The notes beneath the pieces were generated by a model. The model had not been told where the DNA came from and did no database searches. It saw only the letters and a list, made by a program, of their open reading frames with translations. A stretch of DNA of 64,000 nucleotides from Geosiphon pyriformis uo1 (lineage: Eukaryota; Fungi; Glomeromycota), in the NCBI GenBank assembly GCA_016748015.1, contig JAAOMT010000029.1, positions 112,896-176,895 of the forward strand. Direction: 5' to 3'. A program made the translations under genes and the position numbers. Below, one piece after another: positions 56,001-64,000 of the stretch; position 1 is the stretch's first letter; every line of letters starts with the position of its first letter.

Positions 56001-56130
56001 CAAATTACATATTAATTGTCAAGATTAAAAGTTACGTTTTTGTGTTAAATTAAATTTTTAATTTAAAGTTGTTATTGTTTTATTATTAAAATAAAGTGCT
56101 AAAAAGATAATACAAGAAAAAAACAGATAC
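53100..56130. mobile_element. ~3-kb extremely AT-rich degenerate repeat/transposon relic
   Basis: GC is visibly far below the flanks, with only about four CpGs in 3 kb and no ORF of 60 aa or more. Boundaries with the flanking DNA are fairly sharp. Confidence 0.4.
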
Positions 56131-56377
56131 ATCAATCTAAATTTTAATTTTGACTTGTGTTGTACACAAGGGTCTTGAAATCAGTTTTGAGTGAAAATTT
56201 CCCTATTTTTTTTTAAGCAAAATTTATTGAAAACCCTTTATTAAAACAAGATGTTTTATTATCTCTTCAATGCTTTTGCTAAATTTAAAAAAATGCGACA
56301 TTAACAGATTTCTGAAATCTGTAAATTTTTTACTTATATACAATAAATCTCTCTGAAAATGATTTAGTTTTTGCCAT

Positions 56378-57821
56378 TTAAAAATCATTGGAGGCACCCA
56401 AAATTGGTGATTTATAATAATAACTTCCAATGTCAGATAGCACATGATAGGAACCACTTAAAGCGACACCACTTCAAAATCAATGTGAAATCCAAAAACT
56501 AGAGTGAATAAATTTGATTCACCACATAGTTCACCTTCGACTCTCCAACTTCAAGCTCGCACCTTGATCTATCTTAAGCCAGCTAGACATAGTAAGCCAA
56601 TATAAAATCCAAGAACTCATAGAAAATCCGATGGGCTCGTCAATATATTTTCGAATTCTGTCAGCAAAAGTACGCATCAAGTTATCATAATGATAAGCAA
56701 AGTGGATCAAGATCTGTGATCTAGGCGTGAAGTCAGAGATGGAATATTTTTGCGGGCGTAGAGTAGACTTAGAACTTGAAACAATAACAATATCTCGTTC
56801 ATAAATGGGACTCGACCTCGAATCCTTTTTCTCTGCCTTGTGATCATGGATGGGCATAGATGATGATTCTCTTAGTTGTAAGACCTGTGAGGGTGCTAAA
56901 GGCTTAATCGAGAATGCTTGATCGGTAGATTTGCGATCATTCAGGTCTGGTTCTTTTAATTCCACCCTGAAAGACAATATTTCATGATGATTGATTTCAA
57001 CAAAAGCTTGGGAGGATTCTTGGGGATCTTTGGTGATTGACGAATTCTCCGGAACCTTTATTCCATCTAAAACGTCCAATTTTACAACAGTTTTTAAAAT
57101 ATCGCTTTCTTTACCAGGTGACTCGGGTGGGGTAAGTAGTTGATGAAGTTCTGGATCCTGAGTAAAATCTTTAAGATAGTATTGTTCCGCAGTCCAGATC
57201 ATAGCCTGATTTTCAGGTTTTACTATAGGTGACAACCACTTTGGCGATGATTTTGAGGTAGCTGTTCGTGATTATCAATTAATTTTCTAATCAACTAAAC
57301 CAAAATGATAGTTTAAACTTCAAATAATAATTACCTTCCCAAAGTTTTGGTGGATAGGAAGGCAAAACACCGTCTTCCATGAAGGGGTGAATAGGCCCCT
57401 TTCCTTCACTTTGCTCCCATGAAAAAGAATCATAAAATGGCTCACCCTCCTTTTTTTCCTCGGGGGGTGGTGTCCTCTCAAAAGGTGTCATGTTATTCAC
57501 GTAATCCCATCTTCCTTTGTTTTCCAACGTTGGTGGGCGTTCTGAAAGGGGCGTTCTTTCACTAAGATCCCATTTTTGTTCCTCAGAAGTAGGGGATTCA
57601 TGCAAAGATTTTGGATGAAATCCGTCGGTATTCAAGACTGGTTTTTGAATTGATGATGTGTTGACATCTGATTCATCAAGCGTAGCGTAGGATGCAAGAG
57701 ATGATTGTGAACCACGTGAATCAAAGGACTCGGTAACACTGTGTCCACCCGTAAAGTTCTTCGACTTGCGGCCCTTATTACTCCTTTTAATAAATTTTTT
57801 AAATTTTTCAAGTTTTTCCAT
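56378..57821 (-). CDS. Hypothetical low-complexity S/P/E-rich protein (~405-430 aa)
   Basis: ATG at 57821. Exons 57821-57335 and 57261-56531 join in frame. A possible third exon 56456-56378 follows a 78-nt GT-AG intron starting at 56534. Confidence 0.65.
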
Positions 57822-59290
57822 TCTCACTCACTGACAAAAGAAAGAAGATAATTTATTTTTTTAAAGCGTGAAAAAGGGTTGGTTATAAGATATTTTTGGG
57901 TCACTATATGAAATCTGACATAATAATAGATTAGTTAACATAATTACGTCAAAAATATTTTCTCGAGAAAATATGTCATTCTTGTATCATTTTCTTCAAT
58001 GAATCTTTTCGATAATAAGCATGTGAATTTCCAAAGATTAATGGAAATCAATGACGTATTTTAGAGGTCAATTCAAGGGAATATGCGGTTTAAAAATTTT
58101 TGAGCAGCGCCACAATTTGAATAAGACATAACAACTCAGTATCAATTAGTATTTTAAAATCCCAAAGGGTTTTCAACAAAAACTCGCGATCTATTGATTT
58201 ACCGTTATTTATGAATGATGACTTTCAAGGGTCAAATTTTCTACTCAATAATGAATTTGCTTGCTTTATTTCTGTTAGGTAATTATTTAGAAAAATTACA
58301 TTGTCATTATTGAAATTGTGTTTTGATCCCGAATCATTCATCCTATGGTTTCCCCAGATAAATTTCAAGATTAAATTATAAGTAAAATATGATCTCTTTC
58401 GTTACCTTTAAAATATTTTTATCAGTAAATTTCTTTTATTTCAAAACTTTTTTCATGTTAATCAGCTTTTATCCTCATGATAGTTAAAATATTTTTTAAA
58501 TTTTAGAAATTAATTAATTAATTAATTGATTACTACCTTCATTCAAGTAAAATGATAATATTTTAAAATACAATCGCGTAAACAAGTCTGAAATGTATGG
58601 TGTACCAGTTCTAGTGCTTGTCCATTAATTATAAAGGAAAGCTTTAGAAGGCAAAACTTTTTAAAATTGTTCTCGATTGGAAACCACATTTGACTATTGA
58701 GATTTGGTAATGTTTCATTCGTCCTGAAGAATATCAAAAAATTACCGATCTAATTTAAAAGCTTTATCCTCTTTTTGAAAAATTTCTAAAAAGCTCAACA
58801 GATAAACGAGAAAAGCACTAAAAAAGATAGAAACGACCAATCATTTTTTAGATTTTATTTATCTTTTTCACACTTCATCTAGTTAGTAAATGCTTCTTGA
58901 TTGCCTATATTTTTTATAAAGTTCGAATTTTTTGAATTACCTATTAGGTACTAGCTCACCTTGAATCCCCCCCCTCATAATAAGTAATTGTTGTTGACGA
59001 TATGTTAATGATTATCAATTTCTTGTTCTCACGAGTAGCCAGATGACATTTTATGTTCATAATCTTAATTCTGAAAATGGTTAAATTAGTCCGGAATGAT
59101 CTTATTGGGCTATGATGAAAGATTACATTAAACAAAGAACAATGGGAATCTAATTGAAATTCTGAATAAAACATATAAATAAGATTGGTATTTTACTTAT
59201 TCTTCTTTTAGCGTTCATCTCCTTTGATAGTTTTAAACTTATTAAATTCTTTGAAAAAAAAAAAGATTTTTTAAAATCTCAGATAACAAA

Positions 59291-59906
59291 ATGGAATGGA
59301 AAAAAATATTAGAAGATGGTACACAAAATGGGCATGCTTTCATTGGACGAGGCCAACAAGAAGTTGAAAACTTGGCTCAAACTTTAACAAATATTTGGCA
59401 ACTGTTTTTGAAAAAAACGCCAATGTGGTTTCAAGAAAGCGCACATCGTTTAGAGGATACCATCAAACAAAATCAAATTCTATCTGACTTTATCGTATTC
59501 TTTACTGTTTCATTCATTATTCCCTTGGGAGCTTTCATATTCTGGTCAATAGGGTGCTTAGTTGTTACTCTATGTTTTTGTAAGTTGGTAATATTTTGTT
59601 TGAAGAGACAAAAATTAATTGAAAATTAATTGAAATTAAAAATTGTATTTTTCATTAAAATTCTTTCTCTCCCCATGTACAGGGATTGCTAGTTGGTCAC
59701 TAGCTTATGTGATGTTAATCGCAGCAGGGGTTTTAGTCCTTTCACCATTCTATTTTTTCGCTATAGGGGTTGGTGCCTTTTGTGCAATTGGTCTTGCCTC
59801 CATAAGGTTCACTATACGTGTTGTACGTTCTTTTTATGAAAACTCAATACCTTCACCATCACACCAAACTTTTGATCCTAAGTTTACAACTGACGTCACA
59901 GAGTAA
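59291..59906 (+). CDS. Promethin/LDAF1-like lipid-droplet membrane protein (~170 aa)
   Basis: Exons 59291-59579 and 59683-59906. A continuous ~75-aa hydrophobic stretch with prolines (FIIPLGAFIF, LVLSPFYF) matches the promethin double-hairpin pattern. Confidence 0.6.
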
Positions 59907-60896
59907 AAAATATCTTTCTCTTCCTTTAAGGAACACCAATTTATTTACAAAAAAATTAGGGTCTTTAAAGCAGTTGAAAAATATTTAATTATATTTCCTA
60001 AAAGTAAAGTAATTAAATTTGACTCAGTTTCATTGTAATTATTATTTTTATTCACAATTTTCATATTTTTGATGTTTTTTAATATATTTAGTTTTCAGGC
60101 TTGTAGTTAACTTCATTTTAAAGTCCTGAGTTAATCTTTTATACAGATTAGGAATAAAAGAAGGAAATTCAAAATTTATTTTGTCCTTTGAAACGATTTA
60201 TTGATATTTCCCAAGAATTTCATGGAATAATGTAATTCAACATGAGTATTCCAAAGTGTTTGGATTATCATATTTTTATTTTATTTTAAACTGGACGCGT
60301 GAAGGGTTGATTGGTTTGAATATAACCTTCAACGTATTTATGAATTTCATTATTTTTTTTAATAATCTTGACAGAATTGAATTAAAAGCACGAGATTATC
60401 AAATGACCATTTAAAGAGTTATTCAGCCTGATCTAAAAACCACTCTTATTTTAAAGCTAGCAAAAACAAGAAATTGAAAAATTTTTGTTTTAATTGTTAG
60501 GCAAAAAGTATAAAGAAATAATTATATTAATAAAATTTTTTATTAATTAAAGGATTACCTCAAAAAACATTTAATTTTTAACAGATAAGCCCTTTTTGAT
60601 ATATGTAGAAAATTCGAAATAAAAATACCCTAAAGGAATTTAAAAGACTACATAAATTAATTTTAATTATAAAATCTCTTCAAGTTTAGTGATAAAGTAA
60701 ATTAAATTAAAAGATGAATATGTTTTATTTTACTCATTGAATTATATTTAAATTTTTAAATGTCTCTGATCCTTATATTAAATTTTTATTTTATTTTGAG
60801 TCTTTTAATATGTAAGTGATAAGTTATTTTAATAAATGGTAATTAATTGTAAATTTATGATTATGCTATTTTTCACACGAAGCCGAAACCCGTTTA

Positions 60897-60897
60897 G

Positions 60898-60932
<35 letters not shown>
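60897..60932. repeat. (GTT)n microsatellite
   Basis: Seen directly; it produces the poly-Q pseudo-ORF. Confidence 0.95.
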
Positions 60933-60933
<1 letters not shown>

Positions 60934-61539
60934 CACGATATGTAACCTGACGTAATCCAAGGTCACAATTTCAATAAAAGTTGAAAATTTTAGGATGTTG
61001 CTGAAAGTGTAGGTTACAATGAACCATAAGAGAAGAATGAATTTCTGAAAGTCCAAAAGCTATCTTTCATGCGATATTTAATTTATAAGGGATCAACTCG
61101 TAGAATGAAAAATTTATTAATAAATGTTTCCGCATGTCTTCATGTTCGGCAAACTTCTTCACAATTCAAAAAACTCGAATGTTTTTGACGTTAACAGATA
61201 AGACTTTGATTAATAAACATAGCTCTTTGAATATTTAATTATCAACAGTTTAAAAAATGATAAATAAAGTAAATAGATAATATAATAAATAATAGATATA
61301 GTAAATAAATAATAATAAATATTAAATAATAATACTTTGTTTACCTTTTTAAATACTTCTTCACTTATATTTATGATTTTTATTGTTACTTCCGTCCCTT
61401 CTTCATTCTTTTATATATCTTTCATATTCCACTTCATCATGATGTTTTGTAATTTCCCAGCCAATTAATTCATCCATCAGTCACAATTGTTTTATAAATT
61501 ATACCAAACCCTCCTCTAGCAATTTCGTTGATTCGAAAA

Positions 61540-62075
61540 ACCATCCCATGAAATCCAAGAATAATAATTAGCTCTATTATGAGAATATTCAGTAGGTGAA
61601 ATTTAGATTAGATTTTTAATTATTTCATCAAATAATTTTTCAAAAAATATGGATTGGCATGCGCCATACAATTTATTAGAATACTCCCTTGACAGGTTGC
61701 AATCATGAGCTTCTGGATGAGTCATTTTAATTTCTTTGTTTCCCTTAATGTGGATAAGTGCGAAAAACCAAAGATTACCTCCACCTTGTTATGCTAAAAT
61801 CATTAAAAAGTGTTGGTATGCTAATCCACTGAGTCATCCTACTGCCAAAGAAAGTTAAAAATAAATTGTGGGAACTTAAGGAGATGTATAGACGGTTTCA
61901 AATTTTGAGTCTTGAAAAGACATAGTTTTTAGAATCAAATAAATACCTAAGAAAAATATTGAAGAACAAAGAGATAAGAAAAACTTTAAAAACAACCACA
62001 ACAACAACAATTGAGGAGCGGTTCATAAAAGTCGTCTTTTAACTTTGTAAAAGAATTAGTCTATTTGCCTAAGGT
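61540..62075 (+). pseudogene. TKL protein kinase pseudogene fragment
   Basis: PPPCYAKIIKKCWYANPLSHPTAKE (kinase subdomain XI) at ~61780-61855 and HKSRLL near 62025. Flanked by stops and frameshifts; no HRD or DFG was found. Confidence 0.65.
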
Positions 62076-64000
62076 AAGAGATTATATACTGTACATTATC
62101 TTATTTAATTATCTTACATTTAGATGACTCTTAATAGATCTAATCGTGATCGATCATCTTTCATTTTCCGTTTGTAAGTTGATCTTTTCATCATTGATAC
62201 ATTCTAGATAACCTTTATTATATTATAAATTTTAAATATAAATGAATATTCTCTTACACCTAAGAAATATTATTCAAAAAAATAGCAAAATTCAAAAAAT
62301 AGATTGCACACGTTTCGAAGGATTAAGATGAAAATTTATGCCTCAGCCAGAACTTTCTTTTAAATTCATATCTATATTTTAAAAACTCCAACCCGAAGAG
62401 CTCTTTACTTTTTAGTCAAGTATAACGATTTTGCGCGGAAAAAAATTTGGAACCCAACCATGATTCTTAAAAAAGAAAGCTTTTCTTTTCACTTATTGAT
62501 CAATTAATAGACTATTTTCTCATCATTTTTTAAAGCAAAATCGCAATGCCATTCACCACAAAAAAAAAGTGACTTAGGGAAATTGGATCATATTATGCCA
62601 TCCTGTGACCAATTTTTTTCAGAGAAAGCTTGAATATACTATAGCTAAAGCCATCATATTAAATGTGATGATTCAAGTGAGAATATTTTTATTTTTTTCA
62701 ATGGAATAAAACTATTCTTAATAGAGTCAAATCTTTAATCTTTCAATAAAATTGGTGCACATTAAATCAGCCTCTAATGAAATTATCTTATTTTGCTCAA
62801 TAGATTTAATTAGAAAATTTATTATATTTTGAACAATTAACAGCCATATCCTTTTGATGAAAATATAAACATTATAATTGGCTCGGAAATATATAATCGG
62901 TCATGGTAGATTGTACCACTGTACCTACAAAGTAATTTGCCCCTAAAATCACATTTTTCCTTAACTGACTACCTTCTTTTAAAAAGAGCAGAGATGGACA
63001 TTAATAACCCCTGAAGTTATAGAAAGGATATCAGTTTTATCTTTATAATTCATCTTTTGATATGGCTCAAGAGAAGAAACAAAATTCTTTTAAGAGTGTT
63101 ATTCTTCAAATCTTTGCTTTTTCTTACCCGAGTCGCCAAAACCCTTTTACCAACTACATGTATCACACAGGCAACTAAAAGTTCAAAGCATTTTGAATCT
63201 TGGTGATTATCATTTATAGATCATGATCCCACACCCAATCAATCAAATATCTCGGGAACATATCCACGAATATAAATTGATTTCAATAAAAGGGATTAAC
63301 TCCGAATAGTATTCAATAAAAGGAAATCTTTTATTCAAAATAATAAGGGGAATGCTTTGACCAAACTTTCTTTTGAAAATCAAAGGAAAAAACGCTAGAA
63401 AATGATTTTATAGCTAAAATTTCTATTACTCAATTTTTTTAAAAAATTTGGCTCCAACGAGGTTATTTTGTAATAAATTAAAAATTTAAAGCAATTTAAT
63501 TCAAGATTTTAATTTGACCAACGCCTCCTTTCTTGTCAATTCCACGTGTTAATTCGATTCGATAGTATAAGATTTATCAATAGAATGGTTGAAAATCTTT
63601 TCTGCGACCATTTTAAATCAGTGCAGCCATCTGCATATGTACCATTTCGGCAGTTTTGTAAATAAACTCTGCGAAAAAAAGAGGAATTATTCACTTGGCA
63701 ATAATTTTAAACTCACCCGTTTACACTCTTTTTTTTCCATTCATCATTCTATGACTTATTTTGAGAAAAAGATTTTGGCACGCCTGAATTATCACATTTA
63801 ATATTTACAAATGAGTCAGAATAATACTCATATTCAAGAATGGATAGGGTTCCCATTAGTAATGGCAGGTTTAATCCTGACCTTATCTGCTTCTTTACGA
63901 ATGATTTTACTCCAAAAAAGCGCCTCAAAATTTCACCTTTTCCCTATAATCAACGCTCTCATGCTAATAACAGAAATCAGTACATTAGCACGAATTTTTT

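Overview
This is AT-rich eukaryotic DNA with many short introns (mostly ~60-110 nt, GT-AG) and no prokaryotic features. The gene families (tyrosine-kinase-like kinase, class-3 lipase, LaeA-like methyltransferase, WC-1-type LOV, HAM1-like protein) point to an early-diverging fungus, most likely Glomeromycotina (inference; species not determined). I hand-spliced 14 protein-coding genes. One runs off the left edge; all complete models have lengths divisible by 3. The window also holds a Tc1/mariner remnant, a kinase pseudogene, other decayed ORFs, microsatellites and several extremely AT-rich relic islands. Three loci stand out. (1) A kinase fuses an MLKL-type N-terminal helical bundle to a catalytically intact kinase domain, and three closely spaced splice acceptors could decide whether its first helix is encoded. 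(2) A short VIVID-like LOV-only blue-light receptor keeps the photoactive Cys but lacks the signalling Gln, and has CGAT motifs clustered upstream. (3) A class-3 lipase homologue lacks its nucleophilic Ser. No tRNA, rRNA or CRISPR was found. All family calls come from motif recognition by eye, not database searches.
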